Below, in pieces: positions 25,901 through 37,974 of a stretch of DNA of 64,000 nt (the stretch's first letter is position 1; each line of letters opens with the position of its first letter). A model generated the notes under the pieces. The model did no database searches and was not told the DNA's origin. It worked only from the letters and a program-made list of their open reading frames with translations. A program made the translations under genes and the position numbers. Source of the stretch: Chrysomallon squamiferum (Eukaryota > Animalia > Mollusca). Where the stretch lies: assembly GCA_012295275.1 (NCBI GenBank), contig CM022671.1, positions 11,780,001-11,844,000 of the forward strand, written 5' to 3'.

Positions 25901-28443
25901 AATAATGTTTTAGAGATTTATGATTCACTGAAAAAAATAAAGAAACTTAGGTTTCATTTTTTAGGTAAAGTGTCATGGATTCAGTGCAATTAAAGGCAAT
26001 AAATTAATCTAGGTTAATTTATTTGTTTAAAAAAATTAAAATGGAGTGAAATGTAATAATATATAATAAAACAGATTTATAAAAACCTAAAACATTTTCA
26101 AATTCTAACAGATATTTACATATAATTTTGGTACATTTATTGTTTGCAGCTGAACAAATCTTGGTTAAACCAGACATTCCAAGAGAGAACTGTTGTATTG
26201 AATGAAGTGTCGCTGGTGATTTCTGTGCGACATACACCAGCAAATAAAACAATGAGGCGGATTCCTTCTCAGCAGAAAACAGCAGTGTTTGGTGTGAAGA
26301 TTTCAACATGTACCAAGAGAGAGGGCAAAACTGTTCCCACGATAGTGACTACTTGTATCCAGGAAGTGGAAAAAAGAGGTCAGTTTGTTACTTAATTTTG
26401 TTAACTATTCTTCATCTAGTCATAATTACAATTAAAAACATAATATTTGAATTTCAAAAATATTTTAGATATTACATTTTTTTTATTGCTCCTGTTTTTT
26501 ATTTTATTTTGAAATCACTGAATACTGAAGTATTGTTTGTGTAATTGTTCTGTTTCAGGACTGGATGAAATTGGTATTTACAGAGTGTCTGGTGTGACGT
26601 CAGAGGTTCAGAAACTGAAGAAAATGTTTGATAAAAGTAAGTTTTCTGTTTCATTTGAACTGCATTTACTTCTCATGCATACAGATGTTTCAGTCATGTA
26701 AAAGATGTCTTGATAGATAAATGTAGTTGTATGTAATAAAATGTCATCATAAATAAGATTTAGAAAATCAAACAATTATATAATACTGTTCAAACAATAT
26801 TTGTGTACAGTTACAAACAAAATAAAACAACCTGCACAAGGAACTATATTTTACACTGAACAATTATCTAATAATTACACTGTATAATTACACTGTATAA
26901 TTACAGATGTCCGAGCAGCGTGCAACATAGTTGGGGATTCCGACATCCACGCAGTGACTGGTGTTTTAAAACTCTACTTCAGAGAACTACCAGAACCACT
27001 TTTTACTGAGGCCAACTACAGCAACTTCATTGATGCCCTCAGTAAGTCAGCATTGACATTTATTTATCTGCTTATGTTACCACTCTAAATTTATCTGTTT
27101 GTGTTACCAGTATAAATTTATTCGTTTGGATTACCAGTTCAAATTTATCTGTTTGTGATACCAGTTTAAATTTATCTGTTTGTGTTACCAGTATAAATTT
27201 ATTCATTTGGATTACCAGTTCAAATTTATCTGTTTGTGATACCAGTTTACATTTATCTGTTTGTGATACCAGTTTAAATTTATATTTGTGATACCAGTTT
27301 AAATTTATCTGTTTGTTACCAGTTTAAATTTATATTTGTGATACCAGTTTAAATTTATCTGTTTGTTACCAGTTTAAATTTATCTGTTTATGTTTAAAAG
27401 TTTAAATTTGTTTATTTTTCATAAATGGCCTGAATATATTTTGTATTCTTTCTACTTACTTTATTGTCTATATCTAGCAGTAAATAGTTATTAAAAATAA
27501 AGTATGAATGTAAAATAAATTTTTGAGGATAATATTTTCAATTTCATAATAATAACATTTTATAAAATGGAAAGTAGAAAAATTACTGATAAACTGAGAA
27601 TGTAACAATTATGCAATAACTAAATTAATTTTTTTTTTAATATTTCTGTCTGTGTTTATGTTATTTTTGTTGACAAACTTTATTACTAGTCACCATAGAC
27701 AAAAAGAATAATTATTAAATATTGTTTTACAGAACTTGCTGACAGTGAAACGAGAGAAAGGTTAATGATTTCGTTACTACATGATTTACCTGCTGCCAAC
27801 TACTACACAATAGTCACCATGATTGAACATCTAGTCAGGTACGTCTTGACTTAGAGTAAAATATTTTTTAACATGTAGTCAGATACATATAAAATACTTT
27901 TAACTGGATGTTATGTAATATGTGACATTTGTGTTCTGTATTTAACTAATCAATTAAAATTAACTTTAAATTATGTCTTTAGAATGTTTCTTTTTCATAT
28001 TCTTGTCTAAGATTATTCCTACAGAACAGGATAAGAAAAATCATGTTTTCATAAATTAATAGAATATGTGAACTAATTATAAATAAATAATTTTTTTTAA
28101 CAAATTCTTCTGATTATTTGAATATTGAAGTTTTGGGGTTTTTTTTCAAAATAATAAATATTTTTTAAGTGACATCATCCAGTCTCATTTGCAAATGCTT
28201 ATATTCACTAAAACTGATTGCAGAGTTACGAAGTATGAGAAAGAAAACAAGATGACAACACACAACTTATCCACTGTGTTTGGACCAACACTGCTAGCTC
28301 CTGCTGTCAAAGACACACAACTCAACCCAATGGAGATGATGTCAAAAGGAGCAGAAGCTGTCCTGCAGGAGTCTGCAGTCATAGGATTCTTTCTAGATAT
28401 AGCAGCTGCTGGAAAGAGTCTGAGAAAGTCTGCCAAGTGTTAA
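1..28443 (+). CDS. BCR: BCR/ABR-like dual RhoGEF-RhoGAP (acidic N-terminus, DH, PH, C2, RhoGAP); 5'-partial, at least 1338 aa in window
   Basis: Hand-spliced exons, all GT-AG with consistent phases: <1-1503, 14603-14814, 16491-16610, 19109-19294, 19728-19835, 20043-20088, 20767-20819, 21860-21979, 22336-22460, 23012-23088, 23252-23361, 23596-23667, 23847-23985, 24338-24405, 24695-24737, 25182-25250, 25567-25766, 26150-26378, 26559-26636, 26907-27041, 27733-27838, 28224-28443 (TAA). Motifs: DH '[15 protein letters not shown]' and '[30 protein letters not shown]'; PH '[31 protein letters not shown]'; C2 '[42 protein letters not shown]'; RhoGAP '[12 protein letters not shown]' (Arg finger), '[14 protein letters not shown]', '[17 protein letters not shown]'. 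This domain order is diagnostic of BCR/ABR; probably a single pro-orthologue of both. Confidence 0.93.
6674..7113. repeat. Minisatellite, 55-bp unit, 8 copies plus a partial
   Basis: Unit cattcaaatatctgtcttatatgtgtaagtgtatttcagatctgataatggataa starting at 6674, 6729 (truncated to 46 bp), 6775, 6830, 6885, 6940, 6995, 7050 and 7105 (partial). Confidence 0.95.
8171..8246 (+). mobile_element. Degenerate SINE-core fragment, same family as 11003-11205
   Basis: aaaagattccttgctgct...tagtcct...gcag aligns by eye with aaaagattacttgctgct...tagtcct...gcag at ~11145-11195. Confidence 0.4.
9474..9492 (+). CDS. Candidate alternative first coding exon of BCR-like gene (MVLSVS-A)
   Basis: aaacATGG (A at -3, G at +4), in-frame TGA at 9468-9470, consensus donor CAG|gtaagt in phase 1 compatible with exon 14603; preceded by a less AT-rich UTR-like stretch (~9050-9470). 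Confidence 0.55.
10648..10681. repeat. (CA)n microsatellite
   Basis: Perfect CA run. Confidence 0.9.
11003..11205 (+). mobile_element. Degenerate tRNA-derived SINE remnant
   Basis: tRNA-like head with A-box-like 'ccagtgtggttagagc' (~11006-11022) and B-box-like 'gggatcaaacc' (~11046-11056), then a core shared with 8171-8246 and, inverted, with ~11330-11380. Confidence 0.45.
11518..11563 (+). CDS. Candidate alternative first coding exon of BCR-like gene ([16 protein letters not shown])
   Basis: aaagATG, 15 codons plus G, donor ACG|gtaagg in phase 1 compatible with exon 14603. Confidence 0.35.
12557..12637. repeat. (AAT)n microsatellite
   Basis: AAT run; explains the poly-N/L/Y pseudo-ORFs in the track. 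Confidence 0.9.
12727..12763 (+). CDS. Candidate alternative first coding exon of BCR-like gene ([13 protein letters not shown])
   Basis: In-frame TAA at 12712-12714, ATG at 12727, donor CAG|gtaact in phase 1; GC/CpG-richer leader at ~12340-12460. Confidence 0.45.
13669..13714. repeat. (TG)n microsatellite
   Basis: Perfect TG run. Confidence 0.9.
18545..18700. repeat. (CA)n plus (TA)n/(TACA)n compound microsatellite
   Basis: CA run then AT/TACA runs; source of the HTHT/YIYI pseudo-ORFs. Confidence 0.85.
18801..19115 (+). repeat. Minisatellite (36-38 bp) made of the BCR-like exon-4 splice acceptor, 9 acceptor copies
   Basis: Unit ttttcag|tacaaac(gc)tgctgattgatttaatgctgta; AG ends at 18808, 18846, 18882, 18920, 18958, 18996, 19034, 19070 and 19108 (the last leads into the coding exon). 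Confidence 0.95.
20265..20718. repeat. GT-rich minisatellite (~31-33 bp unit, ~14 copies)
   Basis: Unit gtagttt(t)tatgtgtgcataggtttgtgtgtgt(gt); ends ~50 bp before the acceptor at 20766. Confidence 0.9.
27060..27410. repeat. Minisatellite (~25-27 bp unit, ~13 copies)
   Basis: Unit aaatttatctgtttgtgataccagttt with variants; begins just after the donor at 27042. Confidence 0.9.
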
Positions 28444-30339
28444 AATGTTTGTGTCAGTGAGGAAAGATGTGTAAAACTGTACACATGCATAACACACTTT
28501 ACTCGATCATTCCTTTTTTTTAATATTCCAAACTGCTTCAACATATCCTAATTACCAAATATCTGTGATTGAGAAAACAAAGTTAATTTTTTGGAAGGAT
28601 CAGTATTAAAATTATCAAATGCCTGTCTTTTTATTTAAAAAATAGTTACCTTGCCAAAATAGGCCTTTGTTTTAATTCTGATATCCACAGTATAAATGAA
28701 TGTATAATAATATCACTGCCCCCATACACGAATGAAGATAAATAAATCAATCAAAATCAGTATCCATAATAATCTTTAGTTATAGTATTAATAGAAAGTA
28801 ATTTATAATTTATGGATGGATTTCAAGCCATGGTTTGTTCCTTCTTTATATTGACCTTTGTAACAAATATTTTTTTATTATCTTTTTTTCAATAATTCAG
28901 TATAATTATCAACATGGCTCACTTTTTACTGAGATTTACATACATAAAAAGAAAATAATTAATCATTATAAATGTTATTACTTATAGTTTCTCATCAGTG
29001 ATATCCCTATCATATTGATGTTCAAATAAAGATAAATAAACCTAACAAATCAATGATAACAATTTTTTTAAATGTCTTATTCTATATACATGTATGTATG
29101 TATGTGTGTATGTGTACGTAAGTATGTGTACACATATATGTATATATGAAGGGATTATTAATTTTGTAAATTACACTTTGTCTCTAATATAATATGAACA
29201 TTACTAACATCAGAAACTTGAGAGACTAAAGTGAGTGTGTATAGTGTCTATTGCAATTGAGTGTGTAACTGAGAGTGTATCAGTGTCTATGTATAATTAT
29301 GTGTGACTGAATGTGTAGCTAAATGTATGGATGTATATCTAAATGTAGGAGCACTTACTGTAGTTATTCTTATAAACAGGTTTAGTCATTATTTACATAA
29401 TCAGAAATCAAAATACACAAGCTGTTTAAAATTGCAAATCAGTTTATTTAATGTATATATTGTACTTGGGCTATTTTTAACGGACATCAGGAGAGATATT
29501 TAGAATAACAGTAACAAAAAAAAACATATATTTTTGTGGTTGTGTTTTTTTTTTTTATATAATTAAGATTTAAAAATAGTTTTTGTATCTTTGTTTTTTT
29601 ATCTTTGTACATAAGAAATATTTTAGTGTTTTTCTAATTAATGGATTAATCAGACTTCTGATGATATAGAAATTCTGTTTATAACTACATATATAACACT
29701 TGTTTAGTTTTTATACCAGTATGCTTGTTAATGCACTGTTCAATACATCATACAAGTGCTCTCAACTGGCTGTGTTACCTGTAGAACTGCATTGTAAATA
29801 CTTCATCTACATATTAAATCATTACTACCATCATTGTTTTTCATTCAGATTTCACTTGTCAGTTTTTATCAATTATTGTTACATTAAAATAATTGAAATA
29901 GTATCATGTGTGCTTTCTTTTACTTATAGTTTTTAATAAACAGAAAAAAAAAATATATATATAATTAAATCCCATGTTTTTTTTAATTTAGTTTAAAAAC
30001 CGATTCCACATGAGAACATTTAACCCATGATTCCATTCTAGAAGCAAAAGATACAAATCAATATCATTTTTAGAGACAGATAATTTTCTCAGAATCAAAT
30101 AAGTCATGTTAATTTGATTTTTATTTTTTTTTATTTTCATGTTTAATATGAATAATCATTTGAAATTAAAATGTTCATAGTTCCTTTAAGGTATGGGTAT
30201 ATACAGGTATGTTCAGAAGTATATTAAATAGTGTTTTATTTGTAAATATGGATAAACCATGTTTAATGCTGTAGACATACCTCAAATTGAAACTGTATTT
30301 AATTGAAAAAAATGTTCAAGTAAAGCAAATTTTAATTTA

Positions 30340-30383
<44 letters not shown>

Positions 30384-30833
30384 GAAAAGCATTTTCTAAT
30401 TCACTGCTGTCAAATAACAGAATTTGTTTTTTCATCCTATCCCTGACAGTTGAAAATTCACAAATACATTATCAGATAGTTGTAAATGTGATTCAGTTTA
30501 AGAGTTTTAAATTCAGCAATTTTGAATAATCTGAGAGCAGATTTTCATTAAATTCAAAGCCCCAAAACTTACTTCATGCAGCTGGTATGAGATTTTTCAG
30601 AAAATGGTGTAGAAAGATTATTTAGAGATTTTGGTGGACAGTTAGATTAGGTCAGTGATCTGCAACATCAAAGATTGTTTAGGTTTTTATAAACCACATT
30701 ATGTACATTATCATGTGTAAATATCATTTATAGTTTTATTTATTCCTCTTGCAAATAATTCCAGCAAATAAGTCATTGTACTGCTTTGTATTATTTAGTT
30801 TGCGTGCCAGTACTTGTATGCTGTGATTGTGAT

Positions 30834-30870
30834 AATAAAATATTGTACATTTTTATTTTGTTTTGTGGTA
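30834..30870 (+). terminator. Candidate poly(A) signal for the BCR-like gene
   Basis: AATAAA at 30834-30839 followed by a T/GT-rich downstream element (ttttattttgttttgtggt). AATAAA is common in this AT-rich DNA, so support is weak. Confidence 0.3.
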
Positions 30871-32882
30871 TATGTATAGGCCATATCATAATTTGTTTCA
30901 ATGAATAATTAAATATATTTTTATTTATTTCAAATGCTGACTAAAAATTAGTAAATATCTGTGGCTCTCACGAATCACGCATTGCTTGTTAAATAGCAGG
31001 AAAGTATTTTGCACAGATAGGAAAGATGATACTTAGGCCTTTGATAATCTATATTTGAGGACCTAACTGAAGGGAAAACAGACCTAAGAACCTTCATATT
31101 TCAGTCAAAACTCTTCAAAGAAAAAACATGCACCATTAGTAATGTGGTTGGCAAGGACAGTACTGTTATTACATATCAATAAAGGCAATTTTCTGAAGAA
31201 GCATTTTTTGCCTCACAATTACATCAGCTAGGGAGTGTGTTGTATGGACCTAATGAATTTATACTGCTTACCTACACTTGGTGCTGCCATGTGATTTTAA
31301 AAAAAAAATATTTTATAGTCTCACTTATGGAAACAAAGATAAATGAATAAGGCATACTGACACTCATTTTACTCACATGTAAAAAATGTGTTACCCAAGT
31401 TCTCACTTGTTTTCTTCAAACAGACCTTGTTTTGAAGGTAAACAACACAAATATCTTCTGCAATAAATAAACAAATCACTTTGTTCATAATTTCTATTTA
31501 AAACCTGGAATATATTCCGACATCAGAAAAATACTAGAATAAATGATTGACAGCAACTCAGCAAATAGTATATTATTAAATGTTAATATTATTTGGTATT
31601 AAAATGATTAAATGATTATAAAATAATTATTTGTTATGTACAATGATGACAAGACATTAAATTTGATTACAATGAAATAAATTTAATTTATGCTTCTCAA
31701 CACATTAGACAAATGCTAGCTACGTAGACATCTACAAAGTAAGTATTAACAGACAGACAAACATATTTTAACAATGTTAATGGCTAGAACAGTGTTGTAT
31801 TTTTAATGTAAAGAAGAATGTATGAATTAATAATCAACAAAACAACAGATAGGTTAAGACAAATAATGAATGGTTTGAAACAATTAACAATAAAATAACA
31901 AAATGAATATTAGAAAATTGCACCAAAATATTTTCTTCTCAACTTGAGGTTCCATTAGGATTTCAGCAAATAAAAATAAAAATTGCAAATACCCATAAAC
32001 ATAACAATTCTGTTTCAGACTACCAGTAACATTTATCAGTTTTAATATATTAGTATATTAACCCTTTTCTTGTAATAAGTGGATAGAACTACTGAAAAAT
32101 TTATTACTGTTAATTGCAAAAAGCAAACTGGGCCCATAGCCTTAAAAATACAATACTGGTTATGTTGGGAGAAGCAGACATCCTCAGAAACTCTCAAACA
32201 TGAAATCTACTCTGTGTGTGCTGCCATCTGTGGGGTTACAGTTGTGCAGTGAAAGGGTCAACTTAATAATTGAAGTATATTATTTCATTTACAGTATTAG
32301 TTACTAAAATGACAGGAGTTATTTCCATGACATAAAAGTGTAAAATAAAAATAAAAATAAAAAATAATAATTTTAAATTTAAATTTTTTTCTTAGAAATA
32401 TAGTATAATGCTAAATACTTTTTCTTCTTTCCAATAATCTAACAGAGTGAAAATTAGAAGTGATTATTAATAATAACAAAAAGAAAAATTATTATATTTA
32501 TGCAATCAACACCAGAAATAATTATAATTAACATAAGAAAAAAATTAATTGTATTTCTTGACTACAGATGCATATTATATGTTTATCAAGACTAGAGTAA
32601 AGTAAAACTGATATGTATTTCCATATTTAGAAACAAAATACATTTTTTTCTTACCTTTGACAACAATTATATTCATTTTAATGTGTGGTACTGTAAGAAC
32701 ATGAGGAAACAATATCTTTAACTGTTTAATAGTATGCTGATTTGTTTCTTTTTTTCTTTTTCTAAACTGATTTTCAAACATTTACAACTGTTCAAAACTG
32801 TTTTTGATAATAAAGTAACAAGGTGCAAAATTGTGTTAATAGATGCTGATAATCCTTTAAAAAAAAAAAAAAAGTAATGAAT

Positions 32883-34437
32883 TTATTTTAGTATTTTTCT
32901 CATTTGTCTATTTTGTATATCCAAAGTTTCATCAGCTCTTGATGCTTTGACAGTAATTCGATCAAGCTGTTCATTTTGTTGTTCAATTTCATCACCAAGA
33001 CCCAAAGCTAAACCTTTCAACCTAGACATTCCTTCTGACATGAGCCCTGCAAAAATAAATTAAGTAATTAAACAAAATATCCTAAAATTATATCATGCAT
33101 GAACAAATCAGTTTTATAAAACAGTTTTGTCATTTAGTTCTAACAACACCTTTTTCTCAGACAGCTCTTGTAAGCTGTTGTAGACAGCAATTTAAAATAA
33201 ACATCAGCCTATACTCAGTTAAAACAATCACTTACAGAAGTGTGAATTCATTAATAAATATTTTTAATTTGTATTTCATCTCAAAATCTATCTGATCTGA
33301 TAAAAAGTAGATGGAAAAGGTTAAAATGTAATATTACATAAAACGATAAACAAAAAAATAATAAGTAGATGAAGAAGTAAAACTACCTAAATTTTCATCT
33401 AGTTCATCTTCTTGGGCACTGTTTGTTATTCTCTGTATCACTGGTTGTCGAGATGCAGATGCTTCACTCTTCTTTGGAGCACTAGCTAAAAATTTACTGT
33501 CCAAATCATCATCTGGCTCATAAAATCCAGATGTGTTAATATTTCTCCTTTCTGGTGAAGCTTTGTAGTGTGTTTCTAGAGTTTTCTTCAGTACACTTGG
33601 TTTTTCTTCTGGTGGTTTTTCTGCTTTTGTTTTATCACTGCTCCACCAGTTTTTGATTCCCCCAAATACACTCTTTATACTATTTAAATGTTTTTGTGAA
33701 ACTGTCATAGTTTTGTTTATATCATCAGTTTTTTTCTCAATGTTCTGAAGTGTTTCACGCTGCCGAAGTAATTCCTAAATTAAAAATATAAATAAAAGAC
33801 TAATAATAATAATAATAATAATAATATACTAAATATTTTGATCATTGTTAAATTTTTTTAATTTAATATCTTCATTTCTTTGTTCTTGTAAAATGTATTT
33901 TATTAACTTACCTTTGAAATTATATACAAATAACCGATTTATTCTTTATAAAGTTAAACTTATATTAACACATCACACTAAGTAATAAGGAAAACTGTGC
34001 CGTCTGTTTTAAAAATATTTTCCAATTCTAACATCTGTCAATTTCAGCTATGTAATTTAAATAGTACTTGCAAGTTACAATGGATCGAAATCTCGCTTTG
34101 GCGGCGGAATATTATCTTGACCACCTACACATTAACCATAATTTAATATAAATGACTAATTTCTGTTGTGTTATAACCAACGAAAATAAAATAACTTTGT
34201 GGGTACCTCGGCAGTTGCTGTTCCCATACTTTCCGATTCGTAAATACTGGCCAACGCTCTCCGAGAACTGTCCAACTGTCTGGATTCTGATTCATCAATT
34301 TGTTTAAAAATTTGAGTCCTCCTGTCTTCTGGCTGATTACCACTTGATCTTGAGGCTCGAGGATTATTAACTTTTTCAAACCCAAAGTCATCTTCCTCTT
34401 CTTCCTCAAAGGGATTTGCACTTCTATACGCAGACAT
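32883..34437 (-). CDS. SNAP29: Synaptosomal-associated protein 29 (Qbc-SNARE), 260 aa
   Basis: Exons 34437-34207, 33774-33387, 33046-32883 (783 nt, phases 0 and 1). N-terminal NPF motif (MSAYRSANPFEEEEEDD); SNARE 1 'LDSSRRALASIYESESMGTATAEELLRQRETL...SQKHLNSIKSVFGGIKNWW'; SNARE 2 'EDELDENLGLMSEGMSRLKGLALGLGDEIEQQNEQLDRI'. No palmitoylation Cys cluster, which fits SNAP29 rather than SNAP25/23. Confidence 0.95.
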
Positions 34438-35051
34438 TTTCGACTGAAATAAAGTCATAGTCATCGGAATTATATCAATCGAAATTGTGTAACTGGAATG
34501 GGAATAATCCATTATACAATATTTGTATTATTCTGCTACATAAATACAGTTTTTAATATAAATTTACACAATTTTAATTAAAAATAAAATATACATTATT
34601 TGTAGGCAGATTCCATTGCGTAATTAGTTGTGTTAAAAAATAATTAACTGATCCTGTTACAGATTTGCATAATTCTGTAATGTATATTTACCTTATCCAA
34701 ATAAGTTATTTCCCTTTGTTATTTTTGCGGGGAATTTAGATGATTTTGGCGAGAACAGTATTGGAATTGTTCAAAATAATATGGTATACATTAATAAAGA
34801 CAGTAATTGTATCACTCTAGGCTTTTTTTTTCTTCATCTTTTTTAAAAACTACATGTCAGCTAGACAGGTCACGGAAAACGTTTGTTCTTTTTCAAATCA
34901 TTTACTGGTGTTGTCAGGTGTTAAATTTCATTATTATTATTATTATTATAATTATTATTATTATTATTATTCCGTTAAAAGTTTCAAATTTTATGCAGCA
35001 ATATTATGTTTACTGTAATATTGATTAAAAAGTTTATGATCAGAAGAAACC
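34438..35051. promoter_or_regulatory. Bidirectional promoter region between SNAP29 and MND1
   Basis: Divergent start codons 614 bp apart; locally more CpGs than surrounding introns; E2F-like TTTTGGCGAGAA at ~34744-34755. Confidence 0.6.
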
Positions 35052-37402
35052 ATGGTAATCTTAATATTAGGATATAAAACTAAACTTATATTAAAACTTG
35101 AATGTATATTTCTCTCCCTTTTTTTCTTTCTAAAATACATTTTATTTATTTATTTATTTATTTCAATATTTATTATTTTTAGTCAAAGAAAAAAGGTTTG
35201 AGCGTGGAAGAGAAACGAACTAGAATGATGGACTTCTTTTATGAAAAGGTTTGCTTCAGACAAGCTCAATTTTTTTTTTTCCAATTATAAAACATTAAAA
35301 ACATCCCAATATCCAAAAAATTTGAAATAAAGTATGTAAAAATTGGTTTGGCTATCTTGATATTTAAACAGACTAACAAATTCTGATAATTTAAATATGT
35401 TAATATAATTTTTTTTTTTTTTTTTTCATTCATTTTGCAGTATTAAGTAAGCATATGAGGCCCATTTTGTTACTAATTAAAAATAGTTATTCTATGATAC
35501 AGAGAATGCCTTCAAGAGTTTAACATCAGCTAAGAATCGCCAAACTATTCTCAGTAACATCCACACTATTATGGATCAAATATGAGGTACCTATGATACA
35601 TATCGTGAGCACAGAAGCAATATGCATTGAACTGAAAGCAGATACAGGCATGCAGTCTAAATTGCTAATACTTGTGTATATATAATATGTTTTAGAAAAA
35701 TTTTTACCAACTGAAGGAGCTGGAAAGGATGTGTCAGAAAGAAAAAGGAATTACGTCAATGTCTGTGAAGGAAATTGTGACCAGTCTTGTTGATGATGGT
35801 TTGGTGGACACTGACAAAATTGGAACATCTGTCTACTTTTGGGCATTTCCAAGCAAGGCCAGTCAAAATGTAATTTTTTGAAACATTACTTCTGGCAAAT
35901 ATTGTGAATTAGATTAAACACCTCTGAAATATCTCTGGGTAATTCAAATCAAGGTTGGTAAATGTGTATTTTAAAGAATGTTTTCATTGATGGTATTTTT
36001 GATATTATGTTCATCAATTAAAAATATTAACTATTGTTTAAATATTAACATTCTCTTGAACAGTACAGCAGTCAGCTAAAACTGAAATTTTATCAAATAA
36101 AAATAACTGATAGCAAAAAATAATAAAAAAATTATACAAAGAGTCATAACAAAACTAGTTTTACTTTAAAAGATATCAGTTTTATGACAAACAACAGACT
36201 TATAAAATATTCTTTTATTTTAAAGCGAAAGCTTAAGATTGATGACTTAACAAAGAAATTAGAGGAAGTAAAAAACAAGAAACAAGTGTTAGAGGCAGCT
36301 ATTGTCAAAGCTAAAATAGGCAAAGAGGAAACGGTAAGTTTCAATCAGTTCATTTTTATTCAAAGTTCATTCTGTGTTCACTAAAGAGGTTACAAGGAAA
36401 AAAAATCATTTACCTGGTAGTAATAGACAGGAAAACTGAAATTTATATTAATATTTATGATAGAACTTTGTATATATATATAGTAAGATGGTCTGTAAGC
36501 TGTTGTCAAGTTGTTAAAGAACAGGATAATTGTAAGTGTTATAATTCTCAGACAGTTACAGTTTCCAGCACTATCATAAGTATACAAATAATAAATATAT
36601 TGGTGATCCGTTATCTTCTGGTTTATTTTATATTAAACACTGTTTTTAAAATTGTTGCCAAAAAAAAGTAAAAATAAAAAAATAATATCCCAGTTTGTTT
36701 AGAATTTGTCTAAAATTGTAATTTTTATTATTTTGTTGATTTTTCTGTTTTTCCTTTCTTTCTTTTTTCTCGATTTTTAAAATTTTATTGGCACTGTTAT
36801 TCTTTTTTTCTCTTTTTAAATAACAATTAATTTTATTTTCATTCTATTATTATTTCTTTTCAATCCTGTTTTCAATCTGATAAGCAAAACCGAACTGATA
36901 TTTTGACTGAATTGGAATGTAAAAAAGAGGAGAGAAAACAGCTGGCAACACAGCTAGAGAAGTACAGGGAATGTGACCCTGCAGTGTTGGAGCAAGTGAA
37001 ACAAGAAACTAAAACTGCCATAGAGGCAACCAATCGATGGACAGGTTGGAAGCCACATTAGTGAAACATTAAATTATTTCTTCAGTCATGCATTTCAAAA
37101 TTATAATTATCTTTATTTTTCATAAAAAAGCATTATAAAAGAATGACTCATTTATTGTTTAAATGAGATTTGGTTTTCTATCTCATCATTACACTGAAAT
37201 TATTTAATATCAAATATTTCCAACATTTATTTAATATCCAAAGGAAGTAATTCAGTTATAATAACTTACATTCATTTTCTTTCTTTCCCTTTCAGATAAT
37301 ATATTTTGCACAAAATCATGGATCAGAAATAAGTTTTCATTTGAAAACAGTGTTATAGATAAACAGTTTGGAATACCAGATGATTTTGATTATGTGCAAT
37401 GA
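35052..37402 (+). CDS. MND1: Meiotic nuclear division protein 1 (HOP2 partner), 205 aa
   Basis: Exons 35052-35054 (ATG only, ATG|gtaatc), 35183-35248, 35696-35869, 36226-36333, 36885-37044, 37296-37402 (618 nt). Motifs [17 protein letters not shown], '[47 protein letters not shown]', 'EATNRWTDNIF', '[10 protein letters not shown]'. Mostly missed by the ORF track because the exons are short. Confidence 0.95.
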
Positions 37403-37974
37403 AACAGTAGTGCATAATTTTGTACAATAATTCAAATAAAATTACATTCATATGGAAAGATATCTGGCATCAAAATGTGTGAGCAAACAATGCTAAATTG
37501 TTATGACGTGCTTGAAATTGCAATAAAACATTTAGAAATATTACTTACATTATACTTTATATTATATGAAAATTATCAAATCTGAATTGTTTTTATTGTC
37601 AGTTAAATAAATGATAAATAAACATTTTTGTAAAATGATTCATTTAGCAATAATGAGATAGTACAGTTATATTATCTTGGATTATGTATTAAAACTGGGT
37701 ATATTTTTCATAACTGAAGTACAAAAATATTTACTTTTAAAAGATATTATGACATACAATATAAGAGGTTTCCTTTTGATTTTAATTTAAAATGTGCATC
37801 TAAAAAATGTTTACTTAAAAAGTGTATTTATTATGGTGAAGAAAATTATACATGTATAGAAAAAATATCTCCAAAGTTTTCATAAACTGTTTATATATAT
37901 TGCACTTGGATATTTTTATCTCATGATTATAACAATATCACACTCGTAAAAAGAGAGTTTTACAAAGAATATTT

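Noticed and set aside
28185-28436. 83-aa antisense ORF over the last BCR exon, and similar antisense ORFs over exon 1
   Set aside because: Shadow ORFs typical of the antisense strand of coding exons; no independent support.
32140-32210. Faint similarity (VMLGEADILRNS) to the C-terminus of RLE-type non-LTR retrotransposons
   Set aside because: About 12 residues with no flanking ORF; not distinguishable from chance without a search.
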